From the NCBI GenBank assembly GCA_043809315.1, contig JAZDDX010000024.1, positions 68,167 through 132,166 on the forward strand: a stretch of 64,000 nt of DNA, given 5' to 3'. Below, piece after piece: positions 18,516-28,371 of this stretch (within the stretch, counting starts at the first letter, position 1; every line of letters starts with the position of its first letter). A model generated the notes under the pieces. The model was not told where the DNA came from and searched no databases. It worked only from the letters and a program-made list of their open reading frames with translations. Both the position numbers and the translations under genes were made by a program. This stretch comes from Pseudomonadota bacterium. Lineage in GTDB: Bacteria; Bdellovibrionota_G; JALEGL01; DATDPG01.

Positions 18516-19772
18516 TTACAAATCCGAAAAATTCATTGCCTGTTGAATATCTTGGAGCAGATCCTCCCAGGCCTCGACTCCGATCGAGAACCGGATCAGA
18601 CCGTCCGTAATCCCTGCAGCCACGAGTCCTTCCGGGGTCATTTCGGAGTGTGTGGTCGTGCCGGGATGACAAACGAGCGATTCAACTCCGCCTAAGCTTA
18701 CGGCGTTCTTGAAGATTTCAAGCGCGCGCAGGGTTTCGAACGCAGCCCGTTTTCCCCCCTTCAAGTCGATCGAAATGAGCGCCCCGGGGAAATCGCACTG
18801 AGCGTCGCGGATCCGGATCTGTTCGGGGTCGGTGAAAAGAGAAGGGTAGTGAATCGTTCCGATCTTCGGGTGTCCTTGAAGCGACTCGGCGATCCGCTGT
18901 GCGTTCTTGCTCTGCCGGTTCATCCGATGGTTTACCATTGGGAGGCGACTCGAGAGCATCCAGCACTCGTCCGGTTGGAGGATGTTCCCCAACACCGCGC
19001 GCGTCCCCTGGAGTTGCGCGATCAATTCCGGGTTCTTGGCGAGGATCACGCCGCCGGTCATGTCGCTGTACCCCGAGAGATACTTGGTCGCCGAGTAGAT
19101 CGAAAGATCGGCGCCGAGCTTGATCGGGTGCTGGAACGCCGGTCCCATGAACGTGTTGTCGACGGCGACGAGGGGATGCTCCGCGTGTTTCCGCGCCTCC
19201 TCAACCGCCGCATCGATGTCCGACATTGTGAGCGTCGGGTTCGCCGGCGTCTCGACGAAGACCATTCTAAGGTTCTTCGTCTTCCGGATCGCGGTGCGAA
19301 GCCCCTGGGTGTCGCCGGCCGCCACCGGCAGCGCATGGATCCCCAGCGGTATCAGAATCTGGTGGATGAGGTGATGCGTGCCGCCGTAGACCGGGTTCGT
19401 GTAGACGAACGACGATCCGGGGGGGCAGTAGGTGAGAAATGCCGTCGAAATCGCGGCCATTCCGGTGTTGAAGACTGCCGCCTTCTGCGCCTCCGGTTCG
19501 AGCGGGACAACCTGGTCCTCGAAGATCTCGCTGTTCGGGTGCGAGAGGCGGGAGTAGATGAGATCGACGTCCTCCCCCGCTTCCGGCTTCACTTTTCCCA
19601 ACGCGATCTGGAAAGCGCGCTCTGCGCTCTCGGGGGTACGAAAGACGTAGGTCGAGGAGCGGAAGACGGCGGGTCGGACCGATCCGACGGAGAGCCGTGG
19701 GTCAAAGCCACGGGTTAAGACGGCGGTGTCGGGTCGGACGACGTAGGAAGGCTTCTTGGTAGGAGTGGGCAC
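18516..19772 (-). CDS. Cys/Met metabolism PLP enzyme (methionine gamma-lyase/cystathionine gamma-synthase family)
   Basis: YSRLSHP, ETPANP, VDNTF, SATKYLSG, AVSLGGVESL; GTG start 19772 inferred. Confidence 0.88.
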   Translation of the reverse strand: MPTPTKKPSYVVRPDTAVLTRGFDPRLSVGSVRPAVFRSSTYVFRTPESAERAFQIALGKVKPEAGEDVDLIYSRLSHPNSEIFEDQVVPLEPEAQKAAVFNTGMAAISTAFLTYCPPGSSFVYTNPVYGGTHHLIHQILIPLGIHALPVAAGDTQGLRTAIRKTKNLRMVFVETPANPTLTMSDIDAAVEEARKHAEHPLVAVDNTFMGPAFQHPIKLGADLSIYSATKYLSGYSDMTGGVILAKNPELIAQLQGTRAVLGNILQPDECWMLSSRLPMVNHRMNRQSKNAQRIAESLQGHPKIGTIHYPSLFTDPEQIRIRDAQCDFPGALISIDLKGGKRAAFETLRALEIFKNAVSLGGVESLVCHPGTTTHSEMTPEGLVAAGITDGLIRFSIGVEAWEDLLQDIQQAMNFSDL

Positions 19773-19778
19773 GTCGGC

Positions 19779-19787
19779 TGTTATAAT
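19779..19787. promoter_or_regulatory. Overlapping bidirectional -10 elements
   Basis: TGtTATAAT on + (19779-19787) and TATAAC on - (19785-19780), 7 nt before the GTG of the lyase. Confidence 0.5.
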
Positions 19788-19812
19788 GGAGAGGCCCGGC
19801 GAGCACAAAGAT

Positions 19813-20139
19813 ATGCGAATCCCCAATACCGACGTGGCAATCGAGTTCCTGCGTCGATCCGGCCCCGGCGGCCAGCACCGGAACAAACGGTCGACCGGCG
19901 TACGGATCGTTCATCTGCCGACCGGGATCATCGTGATGGCGACGGAGCGGAGATCGCAGGCGCAGAATCTCGAGGTTGCGGTCGAGCGGCTCGCGGCGAT
20001 TCTTGAAAAGCGGGCGCGCAAACCGAAACCGCGCGTGAAGACGAAGGCGACGAGAGGGTCGAAGGAAGAGCGATTGCGGTCGAAAAAGGCGCGTGCCCGT
20101 ACGAAGCAGGCCCGCAGAAAAGCAGTCGAGTTCGAATAG
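19813..20139 (+). CDS. ArfB-like peptidyl-tRNA hydrolase (release factor domain)
   Basis: SGPGGQHRNK, HLPTG, RSQAQN, basic C-terminal tail. Confidence 0.85.
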   Translation: MRIPNTDVAIEFLRRSGPGGQHRNKRSTGVRIVHLPTGIIVMATERRSQAQNLEVAVERLAAILEKRARKPKPRVKTKATRGSKEERLRSKKARARTKQARRKAVEFE

Positions 20140-20267
20140 GGGTGTCCGAATCCCGGACGAGGGACGGGAAACCGGACCTTCCTGCCTGACGCTCTCGAAC
20201 CTATTGCATTAGAGGCTGGCTCGTTTTGTGCCAGCGCAATGGAGTTGTGGCCCTTCAGCGGACCCCC

Positions 20268-20296
20268 TTGCAAAGGCAACCTATAGGTTGCATAAT
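20268..20296 (+). promoter_or_regulatory. hicAB promoter with palindromic operator
   Basis: TTGCAA-17nt-CATAAT enclosing perfect 16-bp palindrome GCAACCTATAGGTTGC (20276-20291). Confidence 0.75.
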
Positions 20297-20311
20297 ATGA
20301 AGGTCCCCTCG

Positions 20312-20506
20312 ATGAAACCCCGCGACCTGAGGAGGGTGGCGGAAAAACATGGCTGGTTTCATGCAAGAACATCGGGAGGACATTGGATAATGACCAAAGC
20401 AGGATATCGATCGGTGCCGATCTCCTCCCATGTGACGGAGTTTCCTCCCTCGTTTGTGAAGGTGATCTTGAAACAGCTGGGAATCTCTCCGAAGGGGGTC
20501 CGGTAA
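20312..20506 (+). CDS. hicA: HicA family toxin
   Basis: 64 aa; GWFHARTSGGH, VPISSH, ILKQLGI; alternative start 20297. Confidence 0.85.
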   Translation: MKPRDLRRVAEKHGWFHARTSGGHWIMTKAGYRSVPISSHVTEFPPSFVKVILKQLGISPKGVR

Positions 20507-20940
20507 TGTATTTCGAAGCGAAGATTCGGAAAGAGGGGAACGGTTATCGGGTCACCTTCCCAGGCTTGGAGAACGTGTTGACCTACGCCGAGACGAGGGA
20601 GAAGGCGGTGAGCTCGGCGAGTGAAGCGTTGGTGGGGTGTTTGTTGGAGGATCTGGATCGGGGGCTCGATCTTCCAACGCCGGTGATGATGGGACCGAAG
20701 AAGGGGACCGTTTTGATTCCGATTCCGGCTTCTATCGGGGTTGCACTCCTTCTTCGAAAGTTTCGCCGAGAACAGGGCCGAACGACGCTTCAGGTGGCGA
20801 AACGACTCGGAATTACGCGGCAGGCGTACGAAAAGTTGGAACGAGGCAGGGGAAATCCGTCCCTTCAGACGCTGGATAAAACGTTCGCCGCGTTCGGGGT
20901 GACCTTCGATCTGATCACTCGTCGGAAGGAAGCCGCGTAG
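20506..20940 (+). CDS. hicB: HicB family antitoxin with Xre HTH
   Basis: TAATG coupling; YRVTFPGL..VLTYAETREKA; C-terminal HTH (LGITRQAYEKLERGRGNPSL). Confidence 0.88.
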   Translation: MYFEAKIRKEGNGYRVTFPGLENVLTYAETREKAVSSASEALVGCLLEDLDRGLDLPTPVMMGPKKGTVLIPIPASIGVALLLRKFRREQGRTTLQVAKRLGITRQAYEKLERGRGNPSLQTLDKTFAAFGVTFDLITRRKEAA

Positions 20941-20943
20941 ACG

Positions 20944-23115
20944 TCACAACCACGCGTGAACGACGACCTTGAAGATCAGGCCGCGGAGATGCGTCGAGAA
21001 GTTTGAAGCGGTCCTCTCTTCGCTGTAGACCGCGAAGAATTCACTCAACGGCGCGAACCGCCACCGGAAACGGTACTGCAGCTCCAGGATGTCATCGGTC
21101 CGGTTCCACCCGGAGTTCGTCTCCAGGGCCAGCCCAGGGCGGAACGAATACGATCCGGAAAAGTTCAGAGTGTTCGAGACGTAGTCGGCGGAGAGGTCGG
21201 GGAGGCGGATCCAGTTGATCTGTGCCCCCGTTTTGAAGATCAGGCCGGGGAACGGTTTCCCGTAGATCGTGGGGCTCCACTGGTGAATCGTCCCGCCAAA
21301 GAAGCCGGCGTATTTGTACGTGAGATCCAGCGTGATCGGATTCTGGTACGGCGTCGTGACCTGAGTGAATAACTGCGGGTGGGTATATCGGCCGACGGGG
21401 ATCGTTACTCCCGGCTTGAGGTCGAACGACGTCAGCACATCCTGGGACATGAGATATCCGGCAGCGAGAAATGTGTAGCCGGAGACCGTTTCGACCAGGC
21501 CGTCTACGATCGCCGTCCAATCACGAAGGGCGTTAAACTCATCCGACGAGAAAACGTTCCCGGCGGTTTCGAGCGTGAGCCGTTTGATCCCGCGTTCCGG
21601 CAGGAGAATGGCGCGGTCCACACTCAAGGTCCCTCGGAAGATCCCTGTGCGTTCGAAATACCCGACGGCCGGATTGAATCGGTCGGAGACGTAGATGTTC
21701 GACTGGCGGATCTCCCACAGTCCCGGTGTCCAGACGGTTCGAAGGTAGGCCGCGCCGCCGTTCCCTTCCATCTCGCCGGCCGAGTTGGGATTGGAATGCG
21801 TCCCGGACGCGAAGCTCGTGACCGTTACCCGCCCGTCTTCGGAGCGAAACGTCCCGTCGACCCCTCCCGCGGTATTTCCGCCGTCCGGGCCGGAGGTATC
21901 CTGCCGGTGGACGATCATCGTGCCGATGTCCGACCGGGAACCGATATCCTGTCGGACGCGCAGAACCGAGAAATTCCGGTCCGGAACGGCAGAGGTGTTC
22001 TCGGTCTGGATATTGAGGACTCCGTAGTCGGCTCCGCCGATTTTCCCGTAGGACCGGACCCCGGCAACGACCGGCACCTCGTTTCCCCCCTCCAGGCCGA
22101 TCCGCCGGGAATAGAACAGTTGAGCGAACTCGGAGATCCCGAATTCGAAGGAGTGAAGTCCTTCCAGGAAGAACGGGCGTTTTTCCGGAAAGAACAATTC
22201 AAAGCGGTTTAAGTTCACCTGCTGATCGTCGATGTCGACCTGGGAGAAGTCGGTTTTGACGGTGATTTGCGCGATCGCGTTCCTCCGGAGCGGGTACTTG
22301 AAATCGATCCCCGGTTTGAAGACGAACTCTCGGTTGCCGGCGATCCGATCCTCGCGGAAGCCGGTCGAGAGGTACGGGAGGAGGCTTAAGTTCCGCCAGC
22401 CGCGCGTCGGGATCTCAATCCCCTCCAGGCAGCCGTATTGGGTCGCATGAAACGATTGAAACGGCGGAACGAGCGGTGCCCAGTCGGAAAGCTCGGAGCA
22501 GCGTGGAAGGCCGCGGACGACGTCGAGTCCCATCGTCGAGTTGCGGGCCGGGTCGTATTCGAGCGACGCGAACGGGATCCGGATCTCCGCGACCCAGCCG
22601 TCCGAATTGACCCGCGTCTTTGCCTCCCAGACGGTGTCCCAGGTGGTGATGAACTGCTCGCCGTTGTTCACCCCTTTCCCGTCGAGCATCGCGCCGAGGG
22701 GGGTAACGGTGAAACCGTACACCGACCGGTAATCGTGCTGAGGATCGAGATTGACCGAGACGAGATCATCCTTCCAGATCTGGCTCGAGTCGGGGGCCTT
22801 GGCTCGGGCAAGGATCTTCCCCGGTTCCCGATCGTACAATGTGATGCCGAAGTAGAGGTTCTCGTCGTCGTAGAGGACGCGGAACTCCGTTCTTTCCGAT
22901 TCCGGTTGTCCGACGAACGGTTCCCGTTGAATGAAATTGCTCCCGATCGGGGCGGTTCCCCAGGCCGCTTCGTCCAGAACCCCGTCGATCCGGATCGGCT
23001 CGGCCGTTCGGATCGTACGGATCGAAGGGCGGTCGGTCGGGATCAGGTTCGGCTCCTGCGCCAGAGTAAAGAGGGGCCAGAGACAGATCGGCGGCAATGC
23101 CAAGATCTTTCGCAC
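20944..23115 (-). CDS. DUF5916 family protein with CBM9-like N-domain and beta-barrel-like C-half
   Basis: IRIDGVLDEAAW, WVAEIRIPF, DFSQVDIDDQQVNLNRFELFFPEKRPFFLEG, FYSRRIG; GTG start inferred. Confidence 0.8.
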   Translation of the reverse strand: MRKILALPPICLWPLFTLAQEPNLIPTDRPSIRTIRTAEPIRIDGVLDEAAWGTAPIGSNFIQREPFVGQPESERTEFRVLYDDENLYFGITLYDREPGKILARAKAPDSSQIWKDDLVSVNLDPQHDYRSVYGFTVTPLGAMLDGKGVNNGEQFITTWDTVWEAKTRVNSDGWVAEIRIPFASLEYDPARNSTMGLDVVRGLPRCSELSDWAPLVPPFQSFHATQYGCLEGIEIPTRGWRNLSLLPYLSTGFREDRIAGNREFVFKPGIDFKYPLRRNAIAQITVKTDFSQVDIDDQQVNLNRFELFFPEKRPFFLEGLHSFEFGISEFAQLFYSRRIGLEGGNEVPVVAGVRSYGKIGGADYGVLNIQTENTSAVPDRNFSVLRVRQDIGSRSDIGTMIVHRQDTSGPDGGNTAGGVDGTFRSEDGRVTVTSFASGTHSNPNSAGEMEGNGGAAYLRTVWTPGLWEIRQSNIYVSDRFNPAVGYFERTGIFRGTLSVDRAILLPERGIKRLTLETAGNVFSSDEFNALRDWTAIVDGLVETVSGYTFLAAGYLMSQDVLTSFDLKPGVTIPVGRYTHPQLFTQVTTPYQNPITLDLTYKYAGFFGGTIHQWSPTIYGKPFPGLIFKTGAQINWIRLPDLSADYVSNTLNFSGSYSFRPGLALETNSGWNRTDDILELQYRFRWRFAPLSEFFAVYSEERTASNFSTHLRGLIFKVVVHAWL

Positions 23116-23180
23116 TTCCCCCAGATTAGATGTGGGTCCGCTTTTCGGGAACGTTATTCGTTTTTTCGAATGCTGTTGAG

Positions 23181-23336
23181 TCAGGCTGTCTTCGCAGGTC
23201 GTTTGACCTTCCGAAACAACTGAATCATCTGAAAAAGCCATTCCAGGCGTTCTGCAGGCGTGAGACTTAGGCCCAGAACGGCCTGTCGCTGCCGCACCCC
23301 TTCGAACCCTTTGTCCCACCCGATCTGTTTCTTCAT
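23181..23336 (-). CDS. 51-aa partner of the nucleotidyltransferase
   Basis: Hand-translated MKKQIGWDKGFEGVRQRQAVLGLSLTPAERLEWLFQMIQLFRKVKRPAKTA*; ATGA overlap with upstream stop. Confidence 0.65.
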   Translation of the reverse strand: MKKQIGWDKGFEGVRQRQAVLGLSLTPAERLEWLFQMIQLFRKVKRPAKTA

Positions 23337-23839
23337 ACTTCTTTCTTCTCGGCCTTGATCAATTCTAGCACGCGTATGTCCGCCAAATCGATCGGTCGGC
23401 CCACCTTCTTTTTCATCTCGATCAGGTCATCGAGAGAGACAACGGTTACGACGGTCTTGTCCACTTCGACCCGCTCAGCTCTGGAATAAACAGCCGTGAA
23501 ATCAAAAGGTTCGGAAACAAACAGGTCGACCTCAATTCCGGGAAAACGGGAACTGTAAGTCGAGAAAACGGTTAATCCTTTCTCGCGGATCCATTCCAAA
23601 CGCTTCTCATCGTCGGCAAACTCTTCGAACGGAACCGGAGGCCTCGGTCGGTAGCCAAGGGCCTTGAACGCCCGTACAGCAGCCAGGACATTGTCACGGT
23701 CCAAAGCAACGACGAGGTCGATGTCCGCCGTTGTACGCAAGTGCCCGTGCAAGACGACGGCCAGGCCGCCCACGACCACATATTTCACCTTCTGCTGGTT
23801 TAGGCCTTGAAAGATCTCTTCAAACGGGGTGGGCGGCAT
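23333..23839 (-). CDS. Pol-beta-like nucleotidyltransferase (DUF6036-like)
   Basis: VVGGLAVVLHG..RTTADIDL, LIEMKKKVGRPIDLAD. Confidence 0.8.
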   Translation of the reverse strand: MPPTPFEEIFQGLNQQKVKYVVVGGLAVVLHGHLRTTADIDLVVALDRDNVLAAVRAFKALGYRPRPPVPFEEFADDEKRLEWIREKGLTVFSTYSSRFPGIEVDLFVSEPFDFTAVYSRAERVEVDKTVVTVVSLDDLIEMKKKVGRPIDLADIRVLELIKAEKKEV

Positions 23840-23845
23840 TTCCGT

Positions 23846-24421
23846 TTAGCTATCCTTCGCTTGCGGTGGGACCGTGTGGCACCGGCGGCAGCGGGCTTCG
23901 TAGCTGTCTGATGCCCCGACGACGATCCGCTCGGTTTGAGCGCTGATCCGCTGCGTCCGGTTGGCCGGGTTCCCGCAGACGACGCAGATCGCGAGGTCTT
24001 TGGTGATGTACTCCGCAATGGCGAGCAACGCCGGCATCGGGTCGAACGGCGCTCCGCGATAGTCCTGATCCAGCCCCGCGACGATCACCCGCTTCCCGCG
24101 GTTCGCGAGCTTGTTGCAGACCTCGGCCAGGTTGTTCTTGAAGAACTGCGCCTCGTCGATCCCGATGACGTGGTACTCCTCGGCCTTCTCGAGGATTTCG
24201 CTCGCGTCGGCCACCTGGATCGCCTCCGCCTTTTGCTGGTCGTGGCTCACGACATGCTCGGCCGAGTAGCGGATGTCGATCTGCGGCTTGAAGATGATCG
24301 TTTTCTGCTTCGCGATCCGCGCGCGCTTGATCCGGCGGATCAGCTCTTCCGTCTTGCCGGAGAACATGCTCCCGCAGATCACTTCAATCCAGCCGGTATC
24401 TCGGGGGGTGTTTTGAATCAT
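23846..24421 (-). CDS. tdk: Thymidine kinase
   Basis: [30 protein letters not shown]. Confidence 0.95.
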   Translation of the reverse strand: MIQNTPRDTGWIEVICGSMFSGKTEELIRRIKRARIAKQKTIIFKPQIDIRYSAEHVVSHDQQKAEAIQVADASEILEKAEEYHVIGIDEAQFFKNNLAEVCNKLANRGKRVIVAGLDQDYRGAPFDPMPALLAIAEYITKDLAICVVCGNPANRTQRISAQTERIVVGASDSYEARCRRCHTVPPQAKDS

Positions 24422-24452
24422 CGTTTGGCCTTTTAATCATTTTTGAAGGAGG

Positions 24453-25214
24453 ATGTCAGCCATCACGCGAAGTTCAGAAATAAATTATTGGCTCTGTTTC
24501 CTGCTTCTCTGGATCGTTGGGGGGATCGCCGGCCCGGCGTATGCTGGCGGACGGACCCCCATGGACGAACAGGCGTTTCAAAACCGGCGGCTCGAGATGG
24601 TCGCGACACAGATCGCGAACCGGGATGTTTCCGATCCGACGGTTTTGACCGCCATGCGGAAGGTTCCGAGACATCGTTTCATGGCGGAAAAATACTGGTC
24701 GGAGGCGTACGACGATCATCCACTACCGATCGGGGAGGGGCAGACGATCTCGCAGCCGTACATCGTCGCGAAAATGACGGAGCTGGCGGGGGTAAAGAAG
24801 AATTCCAAGGTCCTCGAGATCGGGACCGGCTCCGGGTATCAGGCCGCCGTTCTCGCGGAGCTGGGAGCCGAGGTTTATTCAATTGAGATTATCGAGAGCC
24901 TTTCGAAGCAGGCGGGGAAGAGCCTGGAGTCGGCCGGATACAAGAGGGTCCACTTGCGCGTTGGCGACGGCTTTGGCGGCTGGCCGGAGATGGCCCCCTT
25001 CGACGCCATCGTGGCGACGGCAGCGCCGGAGGAGGTCCCGCAGCCGCTCGTCGATCAGCTGAAGGTCGGGGGGAAGCTTGTGATCCCGGTCGGGAAATCG
25101 GGCGGTTTTTGGTACGGGCGCCAGGATCTCGTGGTGGTCGAGAGGAATGAGAAGGGAACGACCCGGAAAAACATCTTCCCGGTCGTGTTTGTTCCGATGA
25201 CCCGGGGAAAGTGA
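24453..25214 (+). CDS. pcm: Protein-L-isoaspartate O-methyltransferase
   Basis: VPRHRF, GQTISQP, VLEIGTGSGYQAA; alternative start 24561. Confidence 0.93.
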   Translation: MSAITRSSEINYWLCFLLLWIVGGIAGPAYAGGRTPMDEQAFQNRRLEMVATQIANRDVSDPTVLTAMRKVPRHRFMAEKYWSEAYDDHPLPIGEGQTISQPYIVAKMTELAGVKKNSKVLEIGTGSGYQAAVLAELGAEVYSIEIIESLSKQAGKSLESAGYKRVHLRVGDGFGGWPEMAPFDAIVATAAPEEVPQPLVDQLKVGGKLVIPVGKSGGFWYGRQDLVVVERNEKGTTRKNIFPVVFVPMTRGK

Positions 25215-25218
25215 GGGA

Positions 25219-26079
25219 TTATGCGGCGACGCGGCCGTGCGCCAACGCTTCAAGGCGCGCGATGCGGTCTTCCGTCGCAGGGTGCGTCCGAAAGAGATTG
25301 ACGAACCCTCCTCCGGTTAATGGATTAACGATGAACATGTGCGCCGTCGCCGGTTTAACCTCCATCGGCATGTATCGAGCCCCCGCTTCCAGCTTCTGAA
25401 GAGCACTTGCGAGTGAAAGTGGGTTTCCGCAGAGCTTCGCCCCACCGGCGTCCGCCGCATACTCACGTGAGCGTGAAACCGCCATCTGGATCAACATCGC
25501 GGCGAGCGGTGCCAGGATCAGCATGAGAAGCATCCCGATCGGATTTCCCCTCCGGTCGTCGTTCGAGCCCCGGCCGCCGCCGAAGATCATCGCCCACTGC
25601 GCCATGTGTGCCAGCATGCTGATCGCGCCCGCGAATGTCGCGGCGATCGTTGAGATCAAGATATCGCGATGGAGGACGTGGCACAGCTCGTGGCCGAGGA
25701 CCCCGGTCAGCTCGTCGCGGTTCATGATCTTGAGAAGCCCCTGGGTCACAGCGACCGCCGCGTGACTCGGATTCCGCCCGGTCGCAAAGGCGTTCGGGGT
25801 TTCGACCGGGAGGATGTAGACCTTCGGCATCGGAATCCCGGCGCGGGTGGCGAGGTTCCGGACGATCGAGTGAAGCTCCGGAGCCTCTCCTTCGGTCACC
25901 GGCTGGGCGTGATACATCGCCAGGACGATCTTGTCGGAAAACCAGTAGCTGAAGAAGTTCATCACGATCGCGAGGCCGAACGCCATCACCATCCCTTGCT
26001 GCCCGCCGAGCGCTTGCCCGGCGAAGACGAACAGAACGGTCAACAACGCCATCAGAAACGTGGTTTTGAGCATGTTCAT
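25219..26079 (-). CDS. htpX: Zinc metalloprotease HtpX
   Basis: [26 protein letters not shown]. Confidence 0.95.
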   Translation of the reverse strand: MNMLKTTFLMALLTVLFVFAGQALGGQQGMVMAFGLAIVMNFFSYWFSDKIVLAMYHAQPVTEGEAPELHSIVRNLATRAGIPMPKVYILPVETPNAFATGRNPSHAAVAVTQGLLKIMNRDELTGVLGHELCHVLHRDILISTIAATFAGAISMLAHMAQWAMIFGGGRGSNDDRRGNPIGMLLMLILAPLAAMLIQMAVSRSREYAADAGGAKLCGNPLSLASALQKLEAGARYMPMEVKPATAHMFIVNPLTGGGFVNLFRTHPATEDRIARLEALAHGRVAA

Positions 26080-26128
26080 GGATACGCTTCTCCTGTCGGA
26101 ACCAACGTAGGCACGATTTGGGGCGTGT

Positions 26129-26878
26129 CTAGGCTTTGTCCTTCATGAAGAACTTAAGGAAGTCGATCGGCACGGGGAAGATGGTTGTCGAGTTGTTCTC
26201 GGTGGCGATCTCGGCCAGCGTCTGCAGATAACGGAGCTGCAGCGTGATCGGCTGTTGCGCCATGATGTCGGCCGCCTCACGGAGCTTCGCGACCGCCTGC
26301 GCTTCCCCTTCCGCCGCGATGATCTTCGCGCGCCGTTCCCGCTCCGCTTCCGCCTGCCGCGCCATCGCCCGGCGCATCTCCTCGGGGAGGTCGATGTGCT
26401 TCACCTCCACCAGGGTCACCTTGATCCCCCACGGGTCGGTGTGGTTGTCGAGGATCGTCTGAAGCTCCTGATTGATCTTATCGCGCGCCGAGAGGAGTTG
26501 GTCGAGTTCGTGTTGACCGAGAATCGACCGCAGCGTGGTCTGGGCCAGCTGGCTCGTGGCGTACATGTAATCCTCGACCTGGACCAACGCCTTGTCCGGG
26601 TTCATCACTTTGAAATAGACGACGGCGTTCACTTTCAAGGAAACGTTGTCTTTCGTAATGACGTCCTGCGGAGGGACGTCGAAGGCGATCGTCCGGAGCG
26701 AGATCTTCACCATCCGGTCGACCATCGGGATGATCCAGTTGATCCCGGCGGTCTTCATCGTCCGGATCCGGCCGAGGCGGAAGATAACCCCCCGCTCGTA
26801 CTCCATGACGACCCGGAAGCCGCTGAAGACGAAGATGCCGAGGATGATGACTATCGTTGTGATGTTGAAACCGATCAT
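26129..26878 (-). CDS. Slipin (SPFH/stomatin-like) protein
   Basis: [30 protein letters not shown]. Confidence 0.93.
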   Translation of the reverse strand: MIGFNITTIVIILGIFVFSGFRVVMEYERGVIFRLGRIRTMKTAGINWIIPMVDRMVKISLRTIAFDVPPQDVITKDNVSLKVNAVVYFKVMNPDKALVQVEDYMYATSQLAQTTLRSILGQHELDQLLSARDKINQELQTILDNHTDPWGIKVTLVEVKHIDLPEEMRRAMARQAEAERERRAKIIAAEGEAQAVAKLREAADIMAQQPITLQLRYLQTLAEIATENNSTTIFPVPIDFLKFFMKDKA

Positions 26879-26888
26879 TCGAACCTCC

Positions 26889-28175
26889 CTAGATTTTTTT
26901 CACTTGGGCCGTGAGACCGTCCAGCGCCACGATCTCGACCTTGGCACCGGTTTCGATCGTTTCGGCCGATGTGGCGCGCCAATATTCTCCATTTACATAG
27001 ATCCGTCCACCTGAATTGACGTTGATCGTTTTATCTACGACCGCTTTCGTCCCGATCAACGCTTCCATTCCGGCGGTCTGCTTGGCTTTGAGCGTCCGAC
27101 CGATTGCGACGCCGATGATCACCGCGATCGCCCCGATCGCAGCGGCGGCCCCCCAAATCATCCCGCGCGGCACGCGAAGGTCGCTCTTTTCCGGATCAAA
27201 CAAGAGATACGCCCCGATCACGAACGCCGTCACTCCCCCCAAAGCCATCAAGCCGAACGAGGAGACGTAGACCTCGCCGATCAGGAGCCCGAACGCGAGA
27301 AGGATCAGTCCGATCCCGACGATCGAGAGCGGGATCACGCTGTTCGCGATCAGAAGTAACAGGACCGCGATCCCCGCCGCGACCGCCGGGAAGATCAACC
27401 CGGGGTGCGACATCTCCATGTAAACCCCCATCCCCGCGATCAGAAGAAGGACGAACATTACCGCCGGGTTCGCCAGCCCGTTCTTCACCTTTGTGCCGAA
27501 CGCGACTTTGAGCGGCACGAGCGTCGCGCCCGCCGTCTTGAGAACTCTCTCGCCGGAGGAAGTCTGGATCTTCCGTCCGTTCGCCTTCACCAGGAACTCC
27601 GTCGTATCTTTCGCGATGAAATCGACGACGTGAAGCTCGACCGCTTTCATCTCGTCGATCACGGCGCTCTCGAGAACCGCTTTCTTCGCCCACTCGGGAT
27701 TCCGCTTCCGGCGGGTCGCGACCCCCTCGATCCAGGCGATCGTGTCGTTCTCGATCTTCTTCGCGAGATGCTTTCCCCCATCCTTCTCCGGATCGCTCCC
27801 GGTCGCCGAGATCGGGTGAGCCGCCCCGATGTTCGTCGTGGGAGCCATCCCGGCGACATGAGCCGCCATCGTGATGAAAGTTCCCGCGGACCCGGCGTGC
27901 GCGCCGGACGGGGTGACATAGACGAAGATCGGGACGTCGGTGTTGAGGAATCCCTGAACGATCTCCCGCGTGGCCTCCAGCATCCCGCCGGGGGTGTCGA
28001 GTTCGATCAGAAGACCCTCCGCCTTCGTCTCCCGCACACGGGCCATCCCATCTTCGATCATCGCCTTGGTGCCGGAATGGATCGTTCCGTCGATCTTCAT
28101 CCCGATGACAGTGGCGGCACTCAACCGAAAGGGGAGGAGGAAGAGGAGCAGGAGGAGGATGCGACCGGGTTTCAT
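26889..28175 (-). CDS. nfeD: NfeD family membrane serine protease
   Basis: LDTPGG, AGSAG, NIGAAHP, TM domain, C-terminal GEYW OB fold. Confidence 0.9.
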   Translation of the reverse strand: MKPGRILLLLLFLLPFRLSAATVIGMKIDGTIHSGTKAMIEDGMARVRETKAEGLLIELDTPGGMLEATREIVQGFLNTDVPIFVYVTPSGAHAGSAGTFITMAAHVAGMAPTTNIGAAHPISATGSDPEKDGGKHLAKKIENDTIAWIEGVATRRKRNPEWAKKAVLESAVIDEMKAVELHVVDFIAKDTTEFLVKANGRKIQTSSGERVLKTAGATLVPLKVAFGTKVKNGLANPAVMFVLLLIAGMGVYMEMSHPGLIFPAVAAGIAVLLLLIANSVIPLSIVGIGLILLAFGLLIGEVYVSSFGLMALGGVTAFVIGAYLLFDPEKSDLRVPRGMIWGAAAAIGAIAVIIGVAIGRTLKAKQTAGMEALIGTKAVVDKTINVNSGGRIYVNGEYWRATSAETIETGAKVEIVALDGLTAQVKKI

Positions 28176-28371
28176 GAGTTGCGTCGTAAACCGGAACCCG
28201 TTCCTTGTAAAGAAGGCTGGGATTTCAGGGGGTTAACCCGGGGTTGGGAGTCCTGGGTAGCATGTGATGATACTCCAGTTACTTTGAATGATATAAAAGT
28301 TGTAAGTATTGAGAAAATCTGGTTGAATTGATGTCGTAATTGATTGCAGTACCTCTTCCGCCGGGGGTTGC

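Noticed and set aside
20140-20267. Glycine riboswitch, SRP RNA or 6S RNA
   Set aside because: Only fragmentary motif resemblance, and orientation does not fit a downstream regulated gene
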